Shown: positions 7,425 through 18,851 of the stretch, piece after piece | Position numbering within the stretch: position 1 is the stretch's first letter | Layout of the letters: each line of letters begins with the position of its first letter | Assembly: GCA_034439575.1 (NCBI GenBank) | Contig: JAWXAQ010000021.1 | Span: forward strand, 1 to 45,372 | Reading direction: 5' to 3' | Length of the DNA stretch: 45,372 nucleotides | DNA from: Leptospira sp. | Lineage (GTDB): Bacteria > Spirochaetota > Leptospiria > Leptospirales > Leptospiraceae | Translations under genes and position numbers: made by a program | Notes under the pieces: generated by a model | Databases searched by the model: none | The model's input: the letters and a program-made list of their open reading frames with translations, nothing else | What the model was told of the DNA's origin: nothing

Positions 7425-8657
7425 TCATTCTTCTCTTAAAAATTTATCTGTTTCTCTTGAAATTTCTTTCACTTTATCCTGCATTTTTTTAGTTAGGCGG
7501 TTTAACCAATCTTTCGATTGTTTCATATTTTCACATTCAACTTGAATCTTGTCTGAGAGAGATTGTGTTTCTTCTAAACTTCCATTTATATTAATCACTT
7601 CCCCATACACCTCCCCAGATGTATCTCGAACTCTTTCTGCAATTTCATCTAAGGACTTGGCTTTATCTAGAACGATACTACCGCGAGTTTTCAATTCTGC
7701 TATCGATTGAATCACTTCGGCAATAGTTCCATGTACAACATGAATCTCTGACGCAATGAATTCAAAAGCTTGACCAGATTCAGTGCTCGCATTACTTGCT
7801 AAACCATAGTCTACAATGTTATTTCTAAGTAATTTAGTAATCTCACGAGCGTTTTGTGCTGTTTGTGTCGCAAGTTTCCTGATTTCATCAGCAATGACAG
7901 TAAACCCTTTGCCTTCGCTACCAGAATGTGTTGCTTCAATAGAAGCATTGATAGCTAGCAAATTAGTTTCTTTAGAGACTCCATTAATAAAATCGATCAA
8001 TTTGAGAATACCACCAGATGATTCAGATATCCTTTTAATTGTTTCTCCTGTTTTCTTTACTTTTTCACCACCTTCATGGCTTCGTTCCACGAGTTCTTCC
8101 ATAGTTTTATTGCGACCTTGAATTTCATCAATGACAGTATTCACGATATCAAACATAATATTAATTTCCGTTGAAGTTTTACCAACGGCATCCATAAGGG
8201 TTACTTCCTCCGCTGCGAGTTTAGAAACAATAGTATAAACATTTCCAATATCATGGCCCATTAAAGATATTTTTTGGTTCAATTCTTTTAAATGTGAATT
8301 TACCTCCAAAATAATATCATCTAACGATTGTAAATTTAAATTGATTAAATGAGAATATTCTTCTAAATCAACTCCCACAGCAGCAAGAAGAATCACAGGA
8401 TCAGCCCTTAAAACTTTGGGCTCGATCATCCTTTTGAAAAATTGAAATTTTATCGTTTTTAAAATTAAAGTTGATGCGACTATTCCTAGAAGAAAAAAGC
8501 CAGTGAAGAAATGATTACGAATGAAAAAATCAGGAAAAAAAACAATCCAGAATAATGATAAAAATAATAAAACCAAACAACTAAAAATAATCAAATCAAG
8601 TTGTTTTACATGTTGCAAAACATCATGCCGAGAATTTTTTATTAAATTTTTTTCCAT
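7425..8657 (-). CDS. Methyl-accepting chemotaxis protein (2 TM, no periplasmic sensor domain)
   Basis: Signalling-hairpin motif INGVSKETNLLAINASIEATHSGSEGKGFTVIADEIRKLA; two closely spaced N-terminal TM helices. Confidence 0.92.
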   Translation of the reverse strand: MEKNLIKNSRHDVLQHVKQLDLIIFSCLVLLFLSLFWIVFFPDFFIRNHFFTGFFLLGIVASTLILKTIKFQFFKRMIEPKVLRADPVILLAAVGVDLEEYSHLINLNLQSLDDIILEVNSHLKELNQKISLMGHDIGNVYTIVSKLAAEEVTLMDAVGKTSTEINIMFDIVNTVIDEIQGRNKTMEELVERSHEGGEKVKKTGETIKRISESSGGILKLIDFINGVSKETNLLAINASIEATHSGSEGKGFTVIADEIRKLATQTAQNAREITKLLRNNIVDYGLASNASTESGQAFEFIASEIHVVHGTIAEVIQSIAELKTRGSIVLDKAKSLDEIAERVRDTSGEVYGEVININGSLEETQSLSDKIQVECENMKQSKDWLNRLTKKMQDKVKEISRETDKFLREE

Positions 8658-8767
8658 TCTTATTCCTAAAAATATTTTTTTATGAAATTAGTAAGGCTTA
8701 GACCAGTCAAAAGAGCAGAAAGCGAAGTATTATTTTAGACACATCAGTAAACGGAGAATTTGAATTT

Positions 8768-9139
8768 ATGACAAGTTTTATAGAACCTACTTTTTTGGGT
8801 AAATTGAAGTCATTGTCTCAAGAGGAAGCAGACAGTGAAAATTTTGGAATTGTTAAAGTGGATGAAAATGGAAAGATTCTCTTATATAACAAATTTGAAT
8901 CTGAATTGGCAAACGTACCCATTTCCACAGCCGTTGGTAGAAATTTTTTTACAGAAATTGCCATTTGCACAAACAATAGATTATTTTATGGTAAGTTCAA
9001 AGATGGGATTTTGAAAAAAGAAATGGATGCTACATTTAGTTATGTATTTACCTACAAAATGAAACCCACAAATGTGATGATCCAACTCTACAAAGATAAA
9101 GTTTCAAATACAAATTGGATTTTTGTCAAACCAAAGTAA
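8768..9139 (+). CDS. pyp: Photoactive yellow protein (PYP-2)
   Basis: FGIVKVDENG.ILLYNKFE (Y42/E46 equivalents), GRNFFTEIAICTN (Cys69), FYGKF, YVFTYKMKPT, WIFVK. GGAG RBS. Confidence 0.95.
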   Translation: MTSFIEPTFLGKLKSLSQEEADSENFGIVKVDENGKILLYNKFESELANVPISTAVGRNFFTEIAICTNNRLFYGKFKDGILKKEMDATFSYVFTYKMKPTNVMIQLYKDKVSNTNWIFVKPK

Positions 9140-9169
9140 TACGAATATTAAAATATTCTAAATTTCTTA

Positions 9170-10051
<882 letters not shown>

Positions 10052-10053
10052 AC

Positions 10054-11298
10054 TTATTTCACCGTTTTAATAAAAATTCGTCTAGCGCTCGTATAACGCC
10101 CTGTCCACCATTTTTCGTCTAAACTCTGTATAACGACTCCTCTACTACTAGAAGCATGTACAAAATTACTTTTTCCAAGTGAAAGCCCTACATGCGTAAT
10201 TTTCGATTGATTGGGTGATGCGGAAAAAAACACTAAATCACCAGCATTTAAATTATTTCTTGAAACAGCAGATCCTATCTTTGCTTGATCCCTTGCAGAA
10301 CGAGGGATTAGTTTGACTGGAACATCTATTCCTTTGTCAACTAACACAGACTTAGTGAATCCTGAACAATCTGTCCCAGTCTTTGATGAACCGCCATACA
10401 AATACCTTGTGCCGATCCATCCTTTTACGATTTGATCCAATTTTGATACCGATACACTTTTCCAATCTTTCAGACCTTGTTCTGTAGTTTCTGGGGCATT
10501 TAGATCCTCCATTGTCCACTCTAAACGAGGCCTTTCTCTCATTTCCAATCGACCCATTTCCACAAATTCTGAATTAAAATCGCGCATTGATGACTTAACA
10601 TTCATTATGTTATTTTTATCTTTTTTATTTCCAAATTTAACTATATCCTTGGTTAATTTTTGGCCCAATGATTGGTTCACATTTAAATTTAATTTTTTAG
10701 ATATGTCTAAGATGTTTGCTTCCATCTTCACATCTGTATCTTGATTCATCTTTAAAGGTAAATTTTTCTGTAATAATTTAAGAGTTTCCTCTGTTTCTTT
10801 TTTCTCGGATCTGGAAAGGATAAGTAACCTCATACCTGTTAAAATACTGATTCCATCGTTTCCTCGGAGTATAACATTTGCTAAATAGGAATCTCTATAT
10901 TCCAAAGGAAGTGCCGCGGATTCTGCTTCTTTTAAAGACAAAGCCAATAAAAGAAAATCATTCTCATTACCTTTAAATTTAGAAAGTATAGGTATCAAAT
11001 CTTCTGTCGTTTCAAAACCTATGCCCGCATCTATACCTTTGGATATAAAATAAATATTTCTGGCAAAGTCTTTCGGTGTTATCTCTTCCATCATGGCCCA
11101 TGGGATAAGAGATGATGTTAAATCTTTGATCGCAGTTGTATTCGCCCGATCACCAAGTAATTTTCTAACTTCCGATTTAATTAATAATCTTTGTTGGTTT
11201 GTATAATCCGACTTGGAAAGAGGATCTAAATTTTGTGCCCCTAACACAAATGGGAAAAGTAAAAAAAAGATAAATAATGAGTATTGAATTCGTTTCAT
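10054..11298 (-). CDS. Secreted NlpC/P60 (C40) peptidoglycan endopeptidase
   Basis: Signal peptide; C-terminal Y.YGG...GTDCSGF, GDLVFF, HVGL, FVHASSSRGV. Confidence 0.92.
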   Translation of the reverse strand: MKRIQYSLFIFFLLFPFVLGAQNLDPLSKSDYTNQQRLLIKSEVRKLLGDRANTTAIKDLTSSLIPWAMMEEITPKDFARNIYFISKGIDAGIGFETTEDLIPILSKFKGNENDFLLLALSLKEAESAALPLEYRDSYLANVILRGNDGISILTGMRLLILSRSEKKETEETLKLLQKNLPLKMNQDTDVKMEANILDISKKLNLNVNQSLGQKLTKDIVKFGNKKDKNNIMNVKSSMRDFNSEFVEMGRLEMRERPRLEWTMEDLNAPETTEQGLKDWKSVSVSKLDQIVKGWIGTRYLYGGSSKTGTDCSGFTKSVLVDKGIDVPVKLIPRSARDQAKIGSAVSRNNLNAGDLVFFSASPNQSKITHVGLSLGKSNFVHASSSRGVVIQSLDEKWWTGRYTSARRIFIKTVK

Positions 11299-11379
11299 AT
11301 CTGTTTATACAATCGATATAAAACTTAAGATTGTAAACAAAGTATTTTTATATAAGAGGAATTTGATTTATAATACTCT

Positions 11380-13233
11380 TTAAGATGGCAAATAATCGGC
11401 CTTGAATTGTTTAATTTTTTCATTGGAACAAATATATCCCAATTGAATCAATTTTTCATAACTAAACCATTCTAGAACTCCAAAATTATTTGTAGGAATC
11501 TGTAAAAACAATTCAGAAATTTTTTCAGTCTGACGAATCCTCTCCCTACTGGAAACAAGAATAGATCGAATGATGATATCACCAATTGGTGGGAATTTTG
11601 GTTGGAAAATATTTTTAAAATTAATTAAGTTTCCAAGTTGGACAACAGGATGATCAAGGACACCTGGATTCGACTTATCAAAGTAATTCGATAGATCCTT
11701 ATCTTGGTCTGGATAAATATCCCCAAATACATCCACACTGATAATGGGCCCTGCTCCTCTTTCTTTTAATAACAAGCCTGGAACATTATCCATAACCCCA
11801 CCATCTACATAAACGATACCATCTTCAATAAAAGGTGGAACAATTCCCGGCAAGGAAGTACTCGAGCGCACTGCTTTCCAAAGATACCCATCCGCATGAA
11901 TATGACTTTCCGAATTCGAAAGATCTGTAGATACAGCAAAATAGGGAATCCACAAATCTTCAATTTTGATGGATTGAAAAAATTCCACAATAGCGCGCGT
12001 ATATTTTCCCCCACTAACAAGAGATAGCACAGGTATCGTATATTCATTTAACAAATCTTTATCCACCCAGAGTTTTTTAGCATGTTTACGACCTTCCTCT
12101 GCATCATAACCCATGGCAATGAGAGCCGCAAAAATTGAACCCGCACTCGTTCCAGAAACCATATCAATCGGAATAGAATTTTCCTCAATCGCACGGAGAA
12201 TTCCTAAATGTGCAAATCCTTTGGCTCCACCACCACCTAGCGCAAGACCAATTGATTTTCCAAGGATACCTCGTATCAATCTTTGAATCGTAGAACTATT
12301 CTCCAAATGGATATGATAATGCCTACTCACACGTCTGAGTTTCAAATGGGACTCTGTTCCACTTGGTAAATTGAAAGATGAATGTTGTAATAAAATTAAA
12401 TCCACAGGTTGAATGCGATTTGAAGTGGATTTTATAAATGACTCCATAGGACTTATGTTTGGCGGATCTAAACTATCTTGAATGATAAGAACCCTGTCCG
12501 ATTGGCGGATGCACCGCCTAGACCAATCAGTATCAAGAAAACTTCCAATGTAGAATATAATATTATAATTATTTTCTATATTTTGAAACCAATTCAGAAT
12601 ATTGTGTTCTGTCTCCGTATCTCGCTTACCTACATTTTCAGAAAAAATAGAGGGGAATTCTCTTTCATAAATAAAACATATCTTTCCGAAGGTACTAGCA
12701 TTAGATTTTATAATCTGAATCAAGGGTTCTAAATCAAAATCTTGGTTCGCGGGAAGCAAACAAAAGCTAGATGAATTTGATTTAGTTTTGTTTGTCCGAG
12801 TTCTGGCTCTTGCCAATCTTTCGGCTATAATCGTTGTTACTTGCAGTAATGCCTGAGGATGACTAGATAAAATTTTTAATGCCAATTCTCTGGGAACTCG
12901 TATGAGTTCCGAATCACGAATGGCAATGACGGTTGCGGAACGTGGCTCTCCAGTAAATAGGCTAAGTTCACCAAGGATATCCATCTTGTGAAATTCACCT
13001 TGATCCGATTTCCCATCTGTTCCCGTTTTTTCGTACCGGAGTCGACCTTGGGCGAGAATATACAAATCCATCCCCTTATCACCTTCGCGAAATAAAACAC
13101 TTCCGCTAGGCAAATATTCTCTCACAGTACAATTCATCATTTCTCGGATGACAGCATGGGGAAGATTTCTAAATAAATCTTTTACCGTAATGTACTGGGA
13201 AAGGATTCCTTTTCTTTGTCTCTCTCGGTTCAT
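11380..13233 (-). CDS. cNMP-binding domain patatin-like phospholipase (NTE family)
   Basis: cNMP motifs LFREGD..GELSL..PRSATV; patatin motifs GGGGAKG, GTSAG, DGG. Start taken at MNRERQ. Confidence 0.92.
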   Translation of the reverse strand: MNRERQRKGILSQYITVKDLFRNLPHAVIREMMNCTVREYLPSGSVLFREGDKGMDLYILAQGRLRYEKTGTDGKSDQGEFHKMDILGELSLFTGEPRSATVIAIRDSELIRVPRELALKILSSHPQALLQVTTIIAERLARARTRTNKTKSNSSSFCLLPANQDFDLEPLIQIIKSNASTFGKICFIYEREFPSIFSENVGKRDTETEHNILNWFQNIENNYNIIFYIGSFLDTDWSRRCIRQSDRVLIIQDSLDPPNISPMESFIKSTSNRIQPVDLILLQHSSFNLPSGTESHLKLRRVSRHYHIHLENSSTIQRLIRGILGKSIGLALGGGGAKGFAHLGILRAIEENSIPIDMVSGTSAGSIFAALIAMGYDAEEGRKHAKKLWVDKDLLNEYTIPVLSLVSGGKYTRAIVEFFQSIKIEDLWIPYFAVSTDLSNSESHIHADGYLWKAVRSSTSLPGIVPPFIEDGIVYVDGGVMDNVPGLLLKERGAGPIISVDVFGDIYPDQDKDLSNYFDKSNPGVLDHPVVQLGNLINFKNIFQPKFPPIGDIIIRSILVSSRERIRQTEKISELFLQIPTNNFGVLEWFSYEKLIQLGYICSNEKIKQFKADYLPS

Positions 13234-13363
13234 AAGATCAATAAGAAGTAAATACCAAAGAAAAAGAAAGTGCAAGCAATCCTTTCCAAATCAAACATAA
13301 TTTTATTCAAACCTTCTAAAGAAGATGGAACTTACCTACTCAAGCATAGGTCTAATCCTTAAA

Positions 13364-14233
13364 ATGAAGACATTTCCCTTACTTCTAATCTTTATTCTTA
13401 TTTTATCACTTAACAACTGCTTTGTTTTCAGAAGCATTGAAAAACCGAGCCATACTATCAAAATTGAATCAGAATCGTTGGACCAAGTGAAAATTCACTG
13501 GATTGGCCATGCGACTATGCTCATACAAATTTATGACAAATGGATTTTAACTGATCCCAATTTTTCAGATTCCCTTGGGCTTGTTGTCAAAAGATATATT
13601 TACCCGCCTACCGATTTAGAATATTTACCGATCATGGATGCTGTCATTATATCCCATACCCACTTTGATCATCTGGACAAATCCACTCTTAGTTCCTTAA
13701 AAATTAAAGGAAATCTATTGGTTCCGAAAGGTGCTGGATTTTATATTCCAAAAATTCACAGAGAAAATACAATTGAGATGTTACCTTGGGATCAGGTAAA
13801 TAAAAACGAATTAGAAATTACCGCAGTTCCTGCAAGGCATTTTGGTGGCAGATGGTTACTTGACAACCTCTGGGATGGAGACCCATACACTGGTTATGTG
13901 ATCAAATACAAAGATGTCACTATTTATTTTGCCGGTGATACAGGTTACCAACCAAAAGTGTTCAAAGAAATTGGCAAGAAATTCGATATCGATATTGCGC
14001 TTTTGCCAGTGGGCCCAAGCAAAGGACCAAACAATCCAGTGCATATCAATCCAAGTGAAGCCGTCGATACGTACCTAGACTTAAATGCAAAATATTTGAT
14101 CCCTATGCATTATGGAACTTTTTACCGCAGTATGGATTCAGAACTTCCAGATTTAATGAAAGCATTAGAACCTTTAGGTAAAAAGGCCATTGTACTTTCG
14201 ATAGGTGAGAGTTTTCAGTTCAAAGGGGATTGA
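13364..14233 (+). CDS. MBL-fold metallo-hydrolase (NAPE-PLD/RomA-like), probable lipoprotein
   Basis: WIGHA, TDP, SHTHFDHLD, YFAGDTGY, PMHYGTF; lipobox-like LSLNNC. Start taken at MKTFP. Confidence 0.88.
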   Translation: MKTFPLLLIFILILSLNNCFVFRSIEKPSHTIKIESESLDQVKIHWIGHATMLIQIYDKWILTDPNFSDSLGLVVKRYIYPPTDLEYLPIMDAVIISHTHFDHLDKSTLSSLKIKGNLLVPKGAGFYIPKIHRENTIEMLPWDQVNKNELEITAVPARHFGGRWLLDNLWDGDPYTGYVIKYKDVTIYFAGDTGYQPKVFKEIGKKFDIDIALLPVGPSKGPNNPVHINPSEAVDTYLDLNAKYLIPMHYGTFYRSMDSELPDLMKALEPLGKKAIVLSIGESFQFKGD

Positions 14234-14274
14234 CAGACTGGCCTTACTTTCGGTATGTATAAATTGAGGACAGC

Positions 14275-15294
14275 ATGGCAGAAAAAATTGCAATCATTGG
14301 TGCAGGTGGACTGACGGGCAGAGAACTTTTAAAACTTCTATCATTTCATGAAGGTTTCGAAGTGGTTCATATCACATCAAACCAAGTGAATGGAAAAAAA
14401 CTAAAAGAAGTATTTCCAAATGAAGCCCATCTTCCCGATTTAACTTTCGTTAAACATGATGCCCCGTTGCCAAATGATTGTTCGGTGGTTTTAGCGACTC
14501 CAAATGAAGCCTCACTTGAAATGGCACCCACCCTTCTCAAAAACAAACATAAAGTGATCGATCTATCCGGTACATTTCGTATCCATGATCAAAATAAATT
14601 TGAGTCCGCCTACAAGTTTTCTCATACTCAATTCCATTTGATGGACCAAGTTGTTTTTGGAATTCCAGAACTTTTCCGTGAAAAATTAAAGAATACCGAT
14701 TTTGTTTCCAATCCAGGTTGTTTTGCGACTTCGGCGATCTTACCCATAGCTCTTCTTGGAAAATTAAGAGATAAAATCCAAGGGCCAATCATTATCGATG
14801 CCAAGTCAGGTGTTAGTGGGGCTGGTGGCAGGACAGAAGAAATTACTTTCGCTTACACAAATGTTTACGAAAATTTCAGAGCATATAAAATACTTTCGCA
14901 CCAACATGAACCAGAAATCGAAGAATATGCGAATACTGCAAGCCCTAAAGCCCTTCAGGTCATATTCACTCCCCACCTACTTCCCGTTTACCGAGGGATA
15001 CTCACCACAACTTATATTCAGTTTGCTGAAACGTTGGATGAAAAAGAAATTTTTCAAAAACTGAAAGAAACGACAGATAAAGAACCCTTCCTTCGTTTGC
15101 TAAGTAGCCCCGAAGCGGTGGAACTTAAAAATGTTCAGAATTCAAATTTTTTAGATATGGGACTGAGACTTCGAGGTAACACTTTAGTCATTGTTACAGC
15201 ATTGGACAATTTGATGAAAGGAGCCGCAGGCCAAGCCTTACAAAATTTAAACCTTATGCATGGTTTTAAAGAAACGATGGGCTTACTTGCTTAA
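14275..15294 (+). CDS. argC: N-acetyl-gamma-glutamyl-phosphate reductase
   Basis: [50 protein letters not shown]. Confidence 0.96.
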   Translation: MAEKIAIIGAGGLTGRELLKLLSFHEGFEVVHITSNQVNGKKLKEVFPNEAHLPDLTFVKHDAPLPNDCSVVLATPNEASLEMAPTLLKNKHKVIDLSGTFRIHDQNKFESAYKFSHTQFHLMDQVVFGIPELFREKLKNTDFVSNPGCFATSAILPIALLGKLRDKIQGPIIIDAKSGVSGAGGRTEEITFAYTNVYENFRAYKILSHQHEPEIEEYANTASPKALQVIFTPHLLPVYRGILTTTYIQFAETLDEKEIFQKLKETTDKEPFLRLLSSPEAVELKNVQNSNFLDMGLRLRGNTLVIVTALDNLMKGAAGQALQNLNLMHGFKETMGLLA

Positions 15295-15883
15295 AGATTG
15301 GAATCAAGTATTAATTGCGGGTGCGTTTTCAGGGGAGATAGATCTTTTATTTACTTCTGGAAACTTCCCTCATATCCAAACCCTGGGGATTGGTAACTTA
15401 GACGCAGGTCTTTCGACTTACAAATATTTGACGGAAAATCCAGAGATTGAAACCGTTTTATTTTTTGGCTCTGCTGGAGCTTATACTTGGTCAAAAATTC
15501 CGATACGCAGTTTTGTGAACGCATCCATTTTTTCCCAGAGTGAAATTGCTCCCTTATTTTCTCTCGCCAAACAATTACCAACTGAATTCATCCAGTTTGA
15601 CCCAGTGAATCCTTTGTATCCGATAGAGGCAATTTGCAATTCACCATCTTCCATCACATTACATGACTTAACTGACAAAACAAATGATCTTTGGCAAGTA
15701 TTACAAATTGAAAACTTAGAATGTTACGGGATAGCAAGAGTTTGCCAAAAATTAAACCGACAATTCCAAGCCCATTTCGCGATCACAAATTTAGTGAGCC
15801 CAGACGGTTCTAGCGAATGGCAAAAAAATTGGCGAGAACTATCTACCGAATTACAACTTCAATTTTTAAACCAAATTTCCTAA
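15287..15883 (+). CDS. Purine nucleoside phosphorylase/MTAN-fold protein (futalosine hydrolase-like)
   Basis: [38 protein letters not shown] start overlapping the argC stop is assumed. Confidence 0.7.
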   Translation: MLKDWNQVLIAGAFSGEIDLLFTSGNFPHIQTLGIGNLDAGLSTYKYLTENPEIETVLFFGSAGAYTWSKIPIRSFVNASIFSQSEIAPLFSLAKQLPTEFIQFDPVNPLYPIEAICNSPSSITLHDLTDKTNDLWQVLQIENLECYGIARVCQKLNRQFQAHFAITNLVSPDGSSEWQKNWRELSTELQLQFLNQIS

Positions 15884-16480
15884 TACTTCATTTACCGATG
15901 TTTGATTTAAAACTCGATCAATCCACTTCTGCACATTAGGTGGTACTTCGATTTCTACATAACTCATATTTTTTATAAATGGTGCATACATTATATCCAC
16001 AAAGCCAAATTGATTTTCGATCATAAAATCATTATTTGATAGGTGTATATTCAAAATATCCAAATGTCGTCCCACTTTTTTAGTAGAATCTTTCATACGT
16101 CCTAAATCCCATTTTTCTTCCTTCACAAATCGTTTGGCAAAATATACTGTACTGGCTGGAAAACAAAATTCAGTTTCACACTGATTGGCAAATTGATTCA
16201 TCCTTGCTCGCATTTTTATTTCCGAAGGAATGGTTTTTATGGTTTCGGGAAAGGCCTCTTCTAGATAACGCATGATAGCTGTTGATTCGGCTAATATAAA
16301 ATCTCCGTCTTTCAAAACGGGCACTTTACCATAGGGATTGATTGCTAGGTATGGTTTTTTACGATTTTCTAATTTATCTAATGCTATATGTATCGTTTCA
16401 TAAGGCAATTGTTTGTATTTTAAGAATATATGAACTCGGTGTGTATAGGTGGAATTGGGATGAGTATAAAGTTCTAACAT
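15866..16480 (-). CDS. Glutathione S-transferase family protein
   Basis: YLAINPYGKVPVL.DGD..LAESTAIMRYL. Confidence 0.93.
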   Translation of the reverse strand: MLELYTHPNSTYTHRVHIFLKYKQLPYETIHIALDKLENRKKPYLAINPYGKVPVLKDGDFILAESTAIMRYLEEAFPETIKTIPSEIKMRARMNQFANQCETEFCFPASTVYFAKRFVKEEKWDLGRMKDSTKKVGRHLDILNIHLSNNDFMIENQFGFVDIMYAPFIKNMSYVEIEVPPNVQKWIDRVLNQTSVNEVLGNLV

Positions 16481-16523
16481 GTATCAAATTTTCAAAAAGT
16501 AGACCGTTCGGTCAATGATAATC

Positions 16524-17687
16524 TCAATAAGGTGCCCAAAAGATTCCTTCCATCTTTAATTTTTCCATAGCATATCTGTCCGTCATACCCGCAATATAAT
16601 CACAGATCACTCTGTGCTTACCTTCTTCATCGGCTCTCTCTAAATACGAATTAGGAATCTTATCTATATTTTTTAAAAAATAATCAAACAAAACATATAT
16701 AATCTCTTTACCTTGTTCACTCATCTTAGAGACATCTCTATGTTTGTATAAATGAGTGAACAAAAAATGTTTAAGTTCTTTCATCTCAAGGTCCATAGAT
16801 TCTGAAAAAGTAATAAGCTTCACCTTTTCCTTGTAAGCTTTTTCTACATCATCAGTCGTTTTGATTTGATGTTTTGCAAGATTTGAACTTGAACTGGTAA
16901 TTAAATTTGATACGATTTCATTAAGAATATTTCGAAATGTAGTCCTTTGAATGATTTCTTCTTTTGTTTGAGGATACGTTTTTTTGGCACTTAAATAATT
17001 ACGGCGCCAAAGTTGGATATCATTTAGGTCCTCGACTTTCAAAAATCCTTTTTCGATGCCGTCTTCAATATCATGACTAGAATATGCGATTTCATCTGAA
17101 AAATCTACAATTTGCGCTTCCAAAGAAGGTCCAGATTCAATTCTTTTTTGATTCTCTAAACTTTTTTGATAATCACCCGCATGTTTCATTATGCCTTGCA
17201 CAGTCGCATAACATAAATTTAATCCTGGGAAATCAGGATATTTCCTTTCCAATTTTTGTACAACACGTAGCGATTGTTTGTTATGTTCAAACCCACCATT
17301 TCCTCGCATAAGTTCCGCTAACGCATCTTGCCCGGCATGACCGAAAGGTGAATGACCAAGGTCGTGAGCAAGAGCTATAGCCTCAGCCAAATCTTCATTT
17401 AGACCAAGGACTTTGGCAACGGTTCTTGAAACACCAGCGACCTCTAAAGTATGTGTTAAACGATTGCGGTAATGATCACCAACGGAATATACAAACACTT
17501 GCGTTTTGTATTCCAGACGTTTGAAAGCCTGGCAATGAATAATTCGGTCTTTGTCCCTTTGGAAAGGAAGTCGATAGGCATGTTCCTCTTCAGGATACAT
17601 GCGAAAACCTGTTTCGGAGCTTTTTTGGGCGTAACCTGCAAGGTTTTTTTCCTCTTCTTCTAGAAGCTCCACTCTCGCTTTCAGCAT
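16524..17687 (-). CDS. dgt: Deoxyguanosinetriphosphate triphosphohydrolase (HD domain)
   Basis: FQRDKDRIIH, KTQVF, RNRLTHTLEV, HDLGHSPFGHAG, DYIAGMTDRYA. Start taken at MLKARV. Confidence 0.93.
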   Translation of the reverse strand: MLKARVELLEEEEKNLAGYAQKSSETGFRMYPEEEHAYRLPFQRDKDRIIHCQAFKRLEYKTQVFVYSVGDHYRNRLTHTLEVAGVSRTVAKVLGLNEDLAEAIALAHDLGHSPFGHAGQDALAELMRGNGGFEHNKQSLRVVQKLERKYPDFPGLNLCYATVQGIMKHAGDYQKSLENQKRIESGPSLEAQIVDFSDEIAYSSHDIEDGIEKGFLKVEDLNDIQLWRRNYLSAKKTYPQTKEEIIQRTTFRNILNEIVSNLITSSSSNLAKHQIKTTDDVEKAYKEKVKLITFSESMDLEMKELKHFLFTHLYKHRDVSKMSEQGKEIIYVLFDYFLKNIDKIPNSYLERADEEGKHRVICDYIAGMTDRYAMEKLKMEGIFWAPY

Positions 17688-17738
17688 AAATTCACTTTCC
17701 TTTTTCCCCGAAATCATAAAAACAGTATATATCACTGC

Positions 17739-18362
17739 ATGGACTTTCTACAAACCCTAGTCACCTTTTTTATGCAATACGGTTATTTTGCTGTATTTGG
17801 CGTCCTCATTCTTTGTGGCTTTGGTCTCCCAGTTCCAGAAGATATTTCACTCACTGCGGGTGGTGTCATATCTGGTCTTGGTTATACAAATGTTCACGTT
17901 ATGTTTGCCGTGGGAATGGCAGGAGTTCTTATCGGAGATAGCTTTGTTTTTTGGCTTGGTAGCCATTACGGAGAGAGAGCTCTCAAATTACCGATTTTAA
18001 AAACAGTCCTCCATCCAGAAAGATTTGGTAAGGTCAGAGAACAATTTCGTAAATATGGCAAATGGGTTGTATTTTTTGGAAGGTTCACTCCTGGACTTCG
18101 TATGCCTATTTTTTTTACGGCAGGCACTTCAGGGCAAATTTCGTTTATCCGTTTTGTCATCACTGATGGCTTTGCTGCATTAATCTCAGTTCCGATTTGG
18201 GTTTATTTGGGATATTATGGGGCAAACAATTTTGACCTCCTAACACAATGGATACGCCAAGGCCAAACCATTATCATTTGTATTGTGATCCTTGCCGTTC
18301 TTGGTTTTTTAGCCTTTTTGTGGAATAAAAACCGCAAGAAAAAAGAATTGGAGAAACCTTAA
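17739..18362 (+). CDS. DedA family membrane protein
   Basis: GLPVPED, GDS..FWLG, GRFTPGLR. Confidence 0.93.
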   Translation: MDFLQTLVTFFMQYGYFAVFGVLILCGFGLPVPEDISLTAGGVISGLGYTNVHVMFAVGMAGVLIGDSFVFWLGSHYGERALKLPILKTVLHPERFGKVREQFRKYGKWVVFFGRFTPGLRMPIFFTAGTSGQISFIRFVITDGFAALISVPIWVYLGYYGANNFDLLTQWIRQGQTIIICIVILAVLGFLAFLWNKNRKKKELEKP

Positions 18363-18368
18363 TTTCTG

Positions 18369-18851
18369 ATGATTCGCTTTATTTTTCCCTTTGTTTTTAT
18401 TGTTTTTTTCCTATTTTGTACAAACCATTCTTCCTCCCCATCGATACAAATTCCGCCTCTTTTAGTCACGGCAGTGAATAATCAAAATTCCACATTCACG
18501 CTCACCGTCCGGGCCACAAACCCTGAGCTTATTTTCCAAGGATATAGGTTGTTTGTTGGGCAGACTGAAAACGATGCGCGAAATTCTGGAGATTTGAATG
18601 CGGGAACTGATTGCAGTATGGGGGCCGGAACAATGACAGTTTTACCGGTCCAGCCGACTGTTTATACCTTTCTTATCGATCCTTCGGAAAGCCTACCCGT
18701 TCTCGGTTCAGGGATTGCCTGCAAATTCCGCATTTTGGTGAGTTCTGGAAGTTATATTTCGGTTCGCTCACTTGGCCTTTCCATCCAAACACAAAATAGT
18801 TCCAGTACGCTCCGGGTCTCCGGACCGTCTAATGCCATATTGTTGCCTTAA
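18369..18851 (+). CDS. Putative lipoprotein
   Basis: Hydrophobic signal ending FFLFC; beta-rich mature region. Confidence 0.75.
   Translation: MIRFIFPFVFIVFFLFCTNHSSSPSIQIPPLLVTAVNNQNSTFTLTVRATNPELIFQGYRLFVGQTENDARNSGDLNAGTDCSMGAGTMTVLPVQPTVYTFLIDPSESLPVLGSGIACKFRILVSSGSYISVRSLGLSIQTQNSSSTLRVSGPSNAILLP

Noticed and set aside
15287-15883. Assigning the symbol mqnB or mtnN
   Set aside because: The fold is supported, but substrate specificity cannot be determined from the sequence or context.
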